Positions 8,160-18,205 of a stretch of DNA of 39,104 nucleotides are shown here, piece after piece. Source of the DNA: Nanobdellati archaeon (lineage in GTDB: Archaea; EX4484-52; WAPT01). The position numbers and the translations under genes are program-made. The stretch's first letter is position 1, and each line of letters starts with the position of its first letter. The DNA is taken from NCBI GenBank assembly GCA_015520605.1, contig WAPT01000025.1, positions 1-39,104 of the forward strand. The letters are read 5' to 3'. Below the pieces are notes generated by a model, which was not told the origin of the DNA, made no database searches, and worked only from the letters and a program-made list of their open reading frames with translations.

Positions 8160-11100
8160 ATGGTTTATGGTGAAGGTAACAGTACTGTTGCTGGTAGTGC
8201 TCACAGTAGTGAACTTTAGCGCTCATGTTGCTTTTGCTCAGCCCAGCATAACATTAGTTCCACCAACTCCAAAGAATGGATCCGTAATCAACGTGTCGTG
8301 GTTTGAGGTGAATGCATCAAGTGTGGCTGCAAATCTCACACAGCTAAACCTGACGCTCGATGGTGTGAATTATTCAGTTTATGATAACTCAATTGTACTC
8401 TATCTCGGTTTCAACAACGTCTCGGCCATAGGGGAGAACAGCACGAATTTTGTTGACATCTCGCTCTACGGTAACAACGGTACATGTAACATAACCGCCG
8501 GAACATGTCCGGAATATGCTGTCGGGATCTTCGGCAATGCCCTGAGCTTTGACGGGGTGGATGATTATGTGGAAGTGCCGGACGGTTCTGAGTTTAATTT
8601 TACGGCTTCAGACAAATTCTCTGTTTGTGCTTGGGTAAATTTACCTGAAACTTCGAGCTACGAGGCTGTAGTCTCACAGGGTGATTATTCCGGATGGAGG
8701 CTTTTTGTATATAACACTTCATACTTTTTTGGATTTAATGGAACTGATGGTGTGTATCGTCAGACAGGTGCGCCGTTTGTTTACGGGAGTTGGCAGTTTA
8801 TTTGCGGGGAATATAATGGAACACACATACTCTTGTATAGAAACGGGGATTTAGATTCAGCTTACTTTACGAACGCGACGCCAATAGATCCAAATGCACC
8901 CGTAATTGTAGGCGCAACTTACACCGGTGCCTCTGCGGTTTTAAGGTGGTTCGCCAACGGCACAATCGATGAAGTCCGCATTTACAACAGAGCTTTGAGC
9001 GATGAGGAGATAAAGCTTCTCTATCGATCGTACCTCGCAAAATTAAACGCCACAGTATGGAATTTTTACGCGAATATCACGAACCAGAGCGATGGTCTGC
9101 ACACCTTCTCATTAACCCTTGAGGACAATGGAAGCGCAGTGGCAACCACCGGCACGAGATACGTGATAGTGGACACAAAACCACCCCGGATAATCGTGAC
9201 ATCCCCCGTTAATATGAGTGAATACAGCTCAAGAAATGTTACTCTGAACGTAAGCGTAGCGGATGTAACACCAGCCAACATAACTTATGAGGTGGACGAC
9301 AACGGCACGATCTTAACCCTCTGCACAAACTGCTACGGTGGCAGCGCCGTCCTCAGCAATCTAAGCGATGGTCTGCACACGGTGAAAATCACAGCAGTGG
9401 ATGCGGCTGGCAGGCAAAACGAAACAAGAGTGTACTTCAGAGTCGGAGCCACTCCGGTACATTTCATTATCGTTGATGGGCAGAACACATCACTTTCTGT
9501 GGTGGGGGCTCTCATCACCCTCGTGGGGAACGAAACATTCATTCCTTCGATTTACTCCAATCTCACAAACTCATCCGGCATGGTAACATTCCTCGTGGAC
9601 TCGAGCCAGGAATATTCCATCATCGTTTCAAAGGACGGATATCGCACCATAGTTCTTAACAATGTTGTGTTCAAAGCAGGCGATGTGATCAACCTCACCC
9701 TGTGGGGTAACACCACGATAAACGGCACGGTTTTGGACATCCTAACAAATCTTTCCATAAAAAACGCAACGGTGAAAATCTACAACGCTTCTGATTATCA
9801 GCTGAAATATGTAGTAAGAACTGATGACAATGGCTGGTTCTCGGCTGAGATCCCGTCCACAATGGACTATATCATAGAGATTTCGAGCATCAATTTTGTT
9901 ACCCGAAGCTGGTACTTTGATGCAGGAACGAACCTCAACAACTACACTTTCGAACTTTATGAGACGGGATGGGGCAGTTTTGAGGTATGGGTTGTTGATT
10001 ACCAGAACCACGCACCGATCGAGAACGCAACGGTAACCTTCGTACTTTCTGCAAGCGAGAACTTCACAGGAACAACGGACTCTAACGGCTATGCCAGAGT
10101 ATTTGTTAAAGCAAATTTAATCGACGGATATCCAGCAAGATATGGAATCGTGATCAAAAAAGACGGTTACAGAGAATATGAAAACCTAAGCGCCAATTTG
10201 ACCATTGAAGAAGGTGAGAATGTTCTTGTTGGAGAGTTCGAACTAAAGGGCTGGTATGTTATAAACGGCACGGTTACGGACGAATTCAACCCGTCACTTG
10301 CGGTCAGCAACGCTTCGGTTGAGCTGTGGTGGATGGATGGTGGAACGCTGGATGCTCCGGTCAATATCAACGGCTACAGATATTATACGATGACTGACGA
10401 GAGAGGACACTTTGAGATTTACGTTCCAAAACTGCTGCTCGAAAACAGAACCTTCGCTCTGAGGATTGACAGAGCCGGATATCAGCACCTCGATTACCCT
10501 TCGAATGGTGTTGGTCTATCGGCAGGAGAACAGGGTGTATTTAACCTCAATATAAAAATGAAGGGCACGATAAATATCAAGCTGACGGTTAAGGATGAGG
10601 GTAACGGGGCTCCGGTTCCGGATTTACCTGTGGTGATCAAGGAAAACAGTACGGAAGGGTACAATTACATTGCTCCCGCAACGTACACCTTCCGCACTAA
10701 CGGGGACGGAACGATAAATGTGTATATCAGGGGGAACGATGGCTACACTGTTGTGGTGGACGGGAGCTCGAACGGTTATCAGACACCATCACCTATAGAA
10801 GTTAACACGGGGACTGATTTGGATAGAGTGGTTTATCTCAGGGGCAGTTTGCAGATAACGGGGAGAGTTATTGATGTTAACACGGATGAAAACGGTTACA
10901 CAATAACTCTACCGGGCATAAGGGTCGTGCTATGTCCTGTATCGGGATCAACGTCCTGCTATGTTACGGAAACCAGCTCCTCAGGAATATTCTCCGTTTA
11001 CGTTAAGGGTTATGAGGATTATGAGATTACCGCGGACGGTAAGGAAAGCGGGTACAACACCACAACTATTCTAGTTAACAGTGCAGCAACCACATCTTTA

Positions 11101-14100
11101 GATGTGGGCGACATAGTGTTGGAGGGCAGATGCACAATAACCGGAAGAGTCATCGATAAATATTCAAGGTACATTCCGAAAGGCGTGTCCCCATACATTC
11201 CGAACCCGAGAGTTATAGTGGTCATGAACTTCAACGGAAAACTCATACGGTACTCTGTTGTTGGGGACGATAACGGTTACTTCACCATAAAGGTGCCCGC
11301 CGGTCAGATTGCCAGTAGCATCCGGATAGAAGTATTGGGTTACTATCCGTATCTCCTCGAGAATGTGGGCACAGTTGATGGCACCAAAAATCTCAGCACC
11401 ATTTCTCTTGTGGGGGCAACGCATTTGGAAGGCAAGGTTGTGGATGCCCACAACGGGAAGTCGCTGGGTGGTGTGAGTGTTAAAATTTATGAACCAGAGA
11501 ACGGTTCTTCAAAGCTCAGATACGAGCTCACAACCAATGATAGCGGACAATTCAACATAGATCTTGGTGTAACAACCGAATATACCGTGGAGCTGAGCAG
11601 AGCAGGATACACAACTGCAAGCTTTGAGGAAACACCATTCGAGAATATAAGCAGGACTTATTTCATGACGGGTGCAGGAAAAATAAGCGGAGAGGTACTT
11701 GATTACTACACAGGCACGCCCCTGCAGAACTTTACCGTAGAGCTATACGCGGAGGGAGACACAACTCCCACCTATAAATTCAGCAACCTTCATGGGAGCT
11801 TTACGATGTTTGTCGACAGCACGAAGTGCTACCGTATACGGGTTTACCAGTACGGATACCCCGTATTGTGGGTGGGGGGTGGGAAGTGTTACACACCACC
11901 AGTTGATTTTAGCGGGAGTAACGCGATAAAACTGAGGGCTTACTTTGAGACCTTTGTCTGCGATCGTTACAGTTACGATCCCGATAGTGAAAGTCCCTGT
12001 TATCCTCACAGACCCATCAAAAATGCCGATGTTGTCCTCTATTTCCGCACGAATGAGACCGGAAACTACGAAATAAATGGGCTCAATGTGACCAAGGTGA
12101 GAATCGATCTTAGCACGAAATACTGCTCGAATTCAAGCGCAAAGATCACCCTGACAAAGCTCGACGGATGCACGCAGGCACAGCAGAACCACAACCTCTG
12201 CACGATGACCGGTACTACAAACTCAACCGGTTACGCTTCCTTCCTTTACGTGCCGGTTGGAAAATACAGAGTCACTGTTGATGCGGTTAGTCAGGGATGC
12301 GGCATAAAGGAGGAGGAATTCAATATCTCAACAGAGAATGCGGGCAAACTCAACGTATGGAAAATCGAGTTTGTCAGGACATGGCTGGAAATTAACGTGA
12401 CCGATGGGCAGTACCCTATCGGTGGAGTGAATGTAACTTTATGGAACGGCTCCGTGATAGCGAGGAACACCGTTGGTGATCCGCTAACCGCCATAACAGG
12501 GATTGACGGCAAGGTTGTTTTTGACATGATGAGTCCCGGCACCTATACCCTCACAATGAAAAAGACCGATGCGGGAATAGATATTGTTAGAACAGTTGAG
12601 GTAAAAGAGGGCAATAATACACTTGTTTTTGATGTGCTACCACCCAGAATAACGGACACATACCCGAAGGACGGGGATATCATAATTCACGGCTGCGCGC
12701 TTTCCCCGCCACAACCCCTAACCCTTTGGGTTGCGACGAGCGAACCGACAACTGCAAACATAACTCTGGAGAAGTACGACGGCACGCTTCAACTACCCTT
12801 GATCACCAGCAATGTCACCGAGACCAACCACAGCTGGGAGCTTGCTCTGAGCTGCGGTGATTGGGTGTGGAACATAACTGCATGTGATTCTGCGGGAAAC
12901 TGTAATCACACGCACGTAACTTTCATACTTGCAAACGGGACCTCAACCGTGGCATTCACAATTCTCGATAACGGGGTTGCGGTGAGCGGCGCAAACGTAA
13001 CAATGTGGACCGCTACCGGAAAAATAGCCGAGAACACCACCGGTGCGAACCTCACCGCCATAACAGGGATTGACGGCAGGGTTGTTTTCACCGGTGTGAT
13101 TCCCGACAGTTACAACATCACCGTAAAGAACGCCACGAAACCCGTACTGACATTCATGAGAGGTATTTACAATACCAATTATAACTTTATTGTGGATTAT
13201 CAGAGACCAAGTATAACCGCGGTAGAACCCGAAAACAACACAAAATACTATGTCGCCTGCGGTGTGGACAAAGGTGCTAACGTAACTTTCAGTATCAACA
13301 CATCCGAGAGCACCAATTTCAGTGTTGATCTGGAGGGTGTCCAGACCATCCATTGGGGAAATCAAGAAGTATCGAACTCAACTCTGTTCAACCTGACACT
13401 TCCCTGTGGCAAGTGGAAATGGAATGTGACGGTCTGCGATCTCACTGGTAATTGCACAAATAAGACCAATCTTATCTTCGAGATTGTGGACACAAGCTTC
13501 ATAGTCAACGTGACTGATGAATACGGCAGACCGCTTGACAACATTTCCGTAACAGTGAGTAACGCCACGTATGCAGAGACAATACGTACAACCAATGGTC
13601 TGGCGATTTTCGGAAAGCTGGAAAATAATACACTCTACAACATAACTGTCAATGGCACTCTTCAGGGATATGGAAATGCGGTATTTACAAACCACGATGT
13701 TATCTGGGGTGATGTGCTAGGAGTTAGCCTCAACGTCACAACACTTACAGTTCTCGTCTATGATCCCTCGGGAAATCCGGTCAGCGGAGCCGAAGTAAAG
13801 GTGTATGAAAATTCCTCGGGTAGCTGGACGCTGGCAAGAGATGCAAACGGTAATCCGCTGATAAATACAACCGGAATTGATGGGAAGGTTGTGTTTACTA
13901 GAGTACTGCCATGCGATTACTGCAATGTTACCGTAAACAAGACAGGAACTATAAACTCCACAATTTTGAGCATCAGGGCAGGCGAGAAGGAACAGGTAAA
14001 TCTGGACCCGGAGATAATTTCGGGGGAAACTCCATTTGAACCTATCAATTCCTCTTCTGGGGAAAGATTTTTGGTTATACTCAAAATCCTTGACGAGTTC

Positions 14101-17100
14101 AACAAAACCGTTTTTGAAAATGTTACTGTGAAGTTAATCTCCACAACAACCGGTAAGGAATATGTTAACCGCACGGATAATAACGGGGTGGTGACCTTTA
14201 ATGTTACCTCCGACAGGTTCGATGTTATTGTTGATGGCTCTGATATGGGCTACGGGATTCTCACACTCAAGCGGGCAATAGCCATCGGATGGCTGAAGAT
14301 TAACGAGGGCAAAACCTATGCCAATGGTTACGTACGGCTTGATGTTGACGGGCAGCGCTATTATTATGTATTGGTGAAGGCGCCCGGTTATGAGGAATAT
14401 GACTCTAGAGATGAAGGCAAGGTGTATTTCGGTACACACACGATGGGTGATCATAATAACATTAATCTAAGTGGAACTGTAGAGGTGATGGGCCACGTTT
14501 ATGATACCTATTTTTCAAATCCCATCGACGCCAGAAAGAACATTTCTGGTGCGGATGTTTATCTCTATAGCTTAACCGGAACACCTTATGTAAGATACAG
14601 ATTCACAACGGACTCTAACGGTAACTTTTATGGTAGAATTTCTCCATATGTGGAGGGATCATCCATCCATGATAAAAGCTTGGACACATACAAACTTGTG
14701 GTTAAAAGGAAGGGATACATTACTTATACATACATAAACAGTACTACAGGTAATTCCAGAATCATTTTTGGTGATGACGAAAAAAAGTACTTCAACATAG
14801 GTATGACTGGTGTCGGAAGAGTTTACGTGCACCTTTACGATAAGGTAAATGGAGCACCCATAACTAACTACTCAAGCTTTAAACTTATTGATAGCAATGG
14901 GGTGGAACTTTACAGAAACATAGGCAGGGAAGGAAATCTGCTTTACGGTATTTACAATCCAGACTACAACCCTGCTCATCTTGTGGTGGAGGCCAGCGGG
15001 TATTGTCCGGCAGATATACCCGTAACATCTTTCGGTAACCTCATAAACATTCCCGTTTACCTGTACACATACGAAACATCGCAGCTGCTCATAACCGTAA
15101 GGGACATGCTGACCAGTCAGCCTGTTTCAGGTGCCACGATAACCTGCTATTACCTCGGCACCGACGAGAAGGTGTGTGAGGCGAGAACGAATTCCAGCGG
15201 CATGGCTCTGGTAACGATAAGTAAAAGCGGAACTTTAAACATTAAAATTAATGGGACATCCACATATCACGGAATCAAAATGATAGAGAATGTGAAAATC
15301 AATCCATGCGATGGGATCAAAATCAAAATCATAAATACAACTCTAATCCCGACGGGAGCGATAATCAGGGCGGTGAATGATCTCAATGAATACATCGATG
15401 GAAGGGTTCGCATGGTTAACACAAGAACGGGAAGAAGCTACGAGGTTCACATCAAGAATGGCGAAGCCATTTTTGCACCCATTCCGCCGGGTAATTACTC
15501 AATTGATTATGAACTTGGCCTGGTATATCTGCCGGCGAACGTATCCAATTATGTAAACATAACATCTTACGGTCAGCTTAAAAATGTAATTTCCATATTT
15601 AACGAGACCAGATTCGAAGTAAAGTTGGTTGATAACCAGACCTCTCTACCTGTGCGGGATATTAAAGTGTGTCTTGGCACCACATGTCTGTTTACAAATT
15701 CGGATGGAATTGCTTTGTTCAGGAGAGTCATACCCGGAAATTACACTTTGACCTTTGATAAGCTAAGTTCTTATAAAGCTGGATATTTCCCACACAACGA
15801 TGTTAACGTGAGTGTTGTTCGTGGTAAAAACGAGAATACAGGTAATAAGTTGGTGGTTAACCTTACACCAACTAAGGGATATAGCATTCTTCATATTAGG
15901 GTCAGAAATATCTACGCGAAGAACACCATGATCTATGTCTATGCCGATGGTGCAAGACTATATGCTCTTAATACAAGCAGAAACGGACTCGAGGCGTTTA
16001 TTCCTCTGATATATCCGCGAGAGGCAATGAAGGTCAAGGTTAAGGCCACACATCCTGGCTGTGGTATGTTTGTTTTTGGTCCTGTAGACCTAACAGAACA
16101 AGAGGTCAGGGATGTTTACATAACATTCAAATGCAGATCTGCAAGTTCCGAGGAGGGGTATAGACCATTAACTACTACCTCAATTAACGGAACGGGTAAT
16201 TTTCCTCAGAACAAACCTTTTTTTGCGCTCACCGTTGTTCCAAATCCAGTCGAGATATCTCCGGGCGGGTGCGCAACCGGAGAGTTAAGTTTAGAGAACA
16301 CGGGAGAAAAAATAATCACAAATGTGGTTTTGCGGAGTATAAAAACACCATACTACGCAATCAATGGTATTGGTCACATAGTAGCACTACTTCCGGATGA
16401 CAGGGAAATAATAAGATACTCGCTATGTATTTTCCGACCAGTAAACGAAGTTACAGCGACTCTTCTTTCCGATCAGTTGACAAAGGAGGTCACGATACCA
16501 GTGACATTAGTCCCTGAGACCATCAATGAAACGGAAACCAAGTCAATGCTTCTCGAAGACCTCAACGAGCTTAGGATGAAGTTGCTGAGCATTAACAGGA
16601 GCGCATTGCCTCCCGAGTTGCAACGAGAATATGATGAGGTGCAGGCACATTTGCAATTTGCGAGCAATTACGTAGCGAGTGGCAACTACGCACTCGCGAG
16701 AAATGAAACAGAGGAGGCGAGAAGAATATTGGAAAATCTGGAAAGTTACATGGTGTCCACTAAACAGAATGGATTGAATAAAAAAAGAGGAATTTCAAAA
16801 GAAACGATAATAATATTGTCCTTTATAGGGGTCTTTGGGATCTTAATACTGATTTATTTGAAGGAAACAAGAAATATTTTCAAACAAGCGTCATCTGGAT
16901 CTGCAAGTTTACTCTCAAAAATAGTGAAAGATATACCTGCGGGATTCGTAAAGAGAGCTGAAAAAAATAGAGGGACGTATCGCACATCCTCGATCCCGTC
17001 CAGATCATCCATACATCCCGTTCCCCGGTTCACCGCTGAAAACGTACCAGTTGTGATGGAGGGAGGAAAAGATATTCATCCTGAGCATTCAGATTTTCTT

Positions 17101-17226
17101 TATTTCACGGAGCCCGTTGCAAAACAGGAATACATATCTTACCTCAAAAAAGTAATAGAGAGCACGGAACGCTGCCCTTACTGTGGAATGAGGAAGGTCA
17201 ATGGAAGGTGTCTTAGATGTGACTGA
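8140..17226 (+). CDS. Giant (3028 aa) type I membrane-anchored surface glycoprotein / adhesin: signal peptide, LamG domain, many Ig/CnaB/carboxypeptidase-regulatory-like repeats, TM anchor, cytoplasmic Zn-ribbon
   Basis: N-terminal basic + hydrophobic signal ending AFA. LamG motifs ALSFDGVDDYV and NGTIDEVRIYNRALS. Recurrent PIxNATV...TDxNG...Y.I...KxGY units. Very frequent N-x-S/T sequons. TM IIILSFIGVFGILILIYL. Terminal CPYC...CLRC. Confidence 0.9.
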   Translation: MMVKRNKWFMVKVTVLLLVVLTVVNFSAHVAFAQPSITLVPPTPKNGSVINVSWFEVNASSVAANLTQLNLTLDGVNYSVYDNSIVLYLGFNNVSAIGENSTNFVDISLYGNNGTCNITAGTCPEYAVGIFGNALSFDGVDDYVEVPDGSEFNFTASDKFSVCAWVNLPETSSYEAVVSQGDYSGWRLFVYNTSYFFGFNGTDGVYRQTGAPFVYGSWQFICGEYNGTHILLYRNGDLDSAYFTNATPIDPNAPVIVGATYTGASAVLRWFANGTIDEVRIYNRALSDEEIKLLYRSYLAKLNATVWNFYANITNQSDGLHTFSLTLEDNGSAVATTGTRYVIVDTKPPRIIVTSPVNMSEYSSRNVTLNVSVADVTPANITYEVDDNGTILTLCTNCYGGSAVLSNLSDGLHTVKITAVDAAGRQNETRVYFRVGATPVHFIIVDGQNTSLSVVGALITLVGNETFIPSIYSNLTNSSGMVTFLVDSSQEYSIIVSKDGYRTIVLNNVVFKAGDVINLTLWGNTTINGTVLDILTNLSIKNATVKIYNASDYQLKYVVRTDDNGWFSAEIPSTMDYIIEISSINFVTRSWYFDAGTNLNNYTFELYETGWGSFEVWVVDYQNHAPIENATVTFVLSASENFTGTTDSNGYARVFVKANLIDGYPARYGIVIKKDGYREYENLSANLTIEEGENVLVGEFELKGWYVINGTVTDEFNPSLAVSNASVELWWMDGGTLDAPVNINGYRYYTMTDERGHFEIYVPKLLLENRTFALRIDRAGYQHLDYPSNGVGLSAGEQGVFNLNIKMKGTINIKLTVKDEGNGAPVPDLPVVIKENSTEGYNYIAPATYTFRTNGDGTINVYIRGNDGYTVVVDGSSNGYQTPSPIEVNTGTDLDRVVYLRGSLQITGRVIDVNTDENGYTITLPGIRVVLCPVSGSTSCYVTETSSSGIFSVYVKGYEDYEITADGKESGYNTTTILVNSAATTSLDVGDIVLEGRCTITGRVIDKYSRYIPKGVSPYIPNPRVIVVMNFNGKLIRYSVVGDDNGYFTIKVPAGQIASSIRIEVLGYYPYLLENVGTVDGTKNLSTISLVGATHLEGKVVDAHNGKSLGGVSVKIYEPENGSSKLRYELTTNDSGQFNIDLGVTTEYTVELSRAGYTTASFEETPFENISRTYFMTGAGKISGEVLDYYTGTPLQNFTVELYAEGDTTPTYKFSNLHGSFTMFVDSTKCYRIRVYQYGYPVLWVGGGKCYTPPVDFSGSNAIKLRAYFETFVCDRYSYDPDSESPCYPHRPIKNADVVLYFRTNETGNYEINGLNVTKVRIDLSTKYCSNSSAKITLTKLDGCTQAQQNHNLCTMTGTTNSTGYASFLYVPVGKYRVTVDAVSQGCGIKEEEFNISTENAGKLNVWKIEFVRTWLEINVTDGQYPIGGVNVTLWNGSVIARNTVGDPLTAITGIDGKVVFDMMSPGTYTLTMKKTDAGIDIVRTVEVKEGNNTLVFDVLPPRITDTYPKDGDIIIHGCALSPPQPLTLWVATSEPTTANITLEKYDGTLQLPLITSNVTETNHSWELALSCGDWVWNITACDSAGNCNHTHVTFILANGTSTVAFTILDNGVAVSGANVTMWTATGKIAENTTGANLTAITGIDGRVVFTGVIPDSYNITVKNATKPVLTFMRGIYNTNYNFIVDYQRPSITAVEPENNTKYYVACGVDKGANVTFSINTSESTNFSVDLEGVQTIHWGNQEVSNSTLFNLTLPCGKWKWNVTVCDLTGNCTNKTNLIFEIVDTSFIVNVTDEYGRPLDNISVTVSNATYAETIRTTNGLAIFGKLENNTLYNITVNGTLQGYGNAVFTNHDVIWGDVLGVSLNVTTLTVLVYDPSGNPVSGAEVKVYENSSGSWTLARDANGNPLINTTGIDGKVVFTRVLPCDYCNVTVNKTGTINSTILSIRAGEKEQVNLDPEIISGETPFEPINSSSGERFLVILKILDEFNKTVFENVTVKLISTTTGKEYVNRTDNNGVVTFNVTSDRFDVIVDGSDMGYGILTLKRAIAIGWLKINEGKTYANGYVRLDVDGQRYYYVLVKAPGYEEYDSRDEGKVYFGTHTMGDHNNINLSGTVEVMGHVYDTYFSNPIDARKNISGADVYLYSLTGTPYVRYRFTTDSNGNFYGRISPYVEGSSIHDKSLDTYKLVVKRKGYITYTYINSTTGNSRIIFGDDEKKYFNIGMTGVGRVYVHLYDKVNGAPITNYSSFKLIDSNGVELYRNIGREGNLLYGIYNPDYNPAHLVVEASGYCPADIPVTSFGNLINIPVYLYTYETSQLLITVRDMLTSQPVSGATITCYYLGTDEKVCEARTNSSGMALVTISKSGTLNIKINGTSTYHGIKMIENVKINPCDGIKIKIINTTLIPTGAIIRAVNDLNEYIDGRVRMVNTRTGRSYEVHIKNGEAIFAPIPPGNYSIDYELGLVYLPANVSNYVNITSYGQLKNVISIFNETRFEVKLVDNQTSLPVRDIKVCLGTTCLFTNSDGIALFRRVIPGNYTLTFDKLSSYKAGYFPHNDVNVSVVRGKNENTGNKLVVNLTPTKGYSILHIRVRNIYAKNTMIYVYADGARLYALNTSRNGLEAFIPLIYPREAMKVKVKATHPGCGMFVFGPVDLTEQEVRDVYITFKCRSASSEEGYRPLTTTSINGTGNFPQNKPFFALTVVPNPVEISPGGCATGELSLENTGEKIITNVVLRSIKTPYYAINGIGHIVALLPDDREIIRYSLCIFRPVNEVTATLLSDQLTKEVTIPVTLVPETINETETKSMLLEDLNELRMKLLSINRSALPPELQREYDEVQAHLQFASNYVASGNYALARNETEEARRILENLESYMVSTKQNGLNKKRGISKETIIILSFIGVFGILILIYLKETRNIFKQASSGSASLLSKIVKDIPAGFVKRAEKNRGTYRTSSIPSRSSIHPVPRFTAENVPVVMEGGKDIHPEHSDFLYFTEPVAKQEYISYLKKVIESTERCPYCGMRKVNGRCLRCD
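9088..9380 (+). repeat. 17-bp direct repeat AGCGATGGTCTGCACAC (9088-9104, 9364-9380)
   Basis: Both copies encode SDGLHT in consecutive Ig-like domains. Confidence 0.75.
12487..13088 (+). repeat. 35-bp direct repeat with one mismatch (12487-12521, 13054-13088)
   Basis: ACCGCCATAACAGGGATTGACGGCA(A/G)GGTTGTTTT encodes TAITGIDG(K/R)VVF. A third, diverged copy (TTGIDGKVVF) lies near 13870. Confidence 0.85.
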
Positions 17227-17227
17227 C

Positions 17228-17243
17228 CAAAAAAACAAAAAAC
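17228..17243 (-). terminator. Oligo-T terminator candidate downstream of mtrH-like gene
   Basis: Minus strand reads TTTTTTGTTTTTTTGG about 20 nt after the stop at 17264. Confidence 0.5.
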
Positions 17244-17263
17244 TACCATTCAAACCTATTACA

Positions 17264-18151
17264 TCACAGCTCAAGCCCGTAGACCTGAATAAAACGAGAG
17301 TTTCTTTCCTCCACCAGCATTTCCACAAAGGCGGTCGCGTCAAACACATACCTTGCATTTTCTATTGGGCCGTAGAGAACAAAATCCGCACCGAATAGAA
17401 CTGGCAGTACACTCGATGCCACATCAACATGCTTGCAGCTTTCTCTTTTTTTTATCCAACTCCACGAACTCACAGCATTATGCATCCCGCAACCGGTGGG
17501 ATAACCGTACCTCGCTTTCAGCGTGACCAGAGCCTCCAGAGACGTGGCCGCACCACGTTTTAGCGGTGTGGTGGCGGTATCCATCATAAGATTCTCGGCA
17601 CCGATCTCCCTGACATTTTCAAGCAGTCCCTTACCGAGAGCACCGTCCTTCTCAAGACACGATATCTTGTCCTCAATACTTTCTCCCCCGACAGCATGCG
17701 CAAGGATCAGAACATTTTTTAATCCAATTTCTGTAAGTTTTTCCTTTTCATCCCTGTTAAGGGTTATGTTTATGGAGTTGTACACAATTCTTGAGAGAAA
17801 CCCGGTTTCCTTTGCAAATTTTATTGCCTCTACTCTGGCCTTATAGCTGAGAGAGTCCACGAGAATGGGATTCCCGTCCCTTTCAGCCACAAACTCGAGC
17901 CGTTTGAGCAAGGAGGTGCTATCTTTTCCATAAACATTGGTCATGTAAGGGATTCTGGTTTCATCGCTTCTCTCCTGTTGCAGAACGAGAAGTTCTTCAG
18001 CCTTGTCGCTATCGAATTCACCGTTTTGCTTCACTATTTTATGTCCTTCATAAAAAATCGTTCCGATCATGACTGGCGGCGTTTCTCCGGGCTGACCTCC
18101 AAGCACGATATTTCCTATTTTCATTTTTTTCTGATCCGGATAGAGGAACAT
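17264..18151 (-). CDS. mtrH: MtrH-like pterin-binding methyltransferase
   Basis: GGQPGETPPVMIGTIFYEGHK, DS, YNSIN, TGCGMHN and GADFVLYGPIE. Start is ATG 18151 after a GAGGTG SD; the ORF track extends to 18184. Confidence 0.92.
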   Translation of the reverse strand: MFLYPDQKKMKIGNIVLGGQPGETPPVMIGTIFYEGHKIVKQNGEFDSDKAEELLVLQQERSDETRIPYMTNVYGKDSTSLLKRLEFVAERDGNPILVDSLSYKARVEAIKFAKETGFLSRIVYNSINITLNRDEKEKLTEIGLKNVLILAHAVGGESIEDKISCLEKDGALGKGLLENVREIGAENLMMDTATTPLKRGAATSLEALVTLKARYGYPTGCGMHNAVSSWSWIKKRESCKHVDVASSVLPVLFGADFVLYGPIENARYVFDATAFVEMLVEERNSRFIQVYGLEL

Positions 18152-18205
18152 GCGTTTTCCACCTCTCTGCGGAGGAAGATCCAAAATTCAAAGCAACATC
18201 AAAAA

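Noticed and set aside
8140-17226. Diversity-generating retroelement target (many AAC codons, internal repeats)
   Set aside because: No reverse transcriptase and no approximately 100-bp template/variable repeat pair with adenine-specific mismatches. Asn richness is explained by glycosylation sequons.
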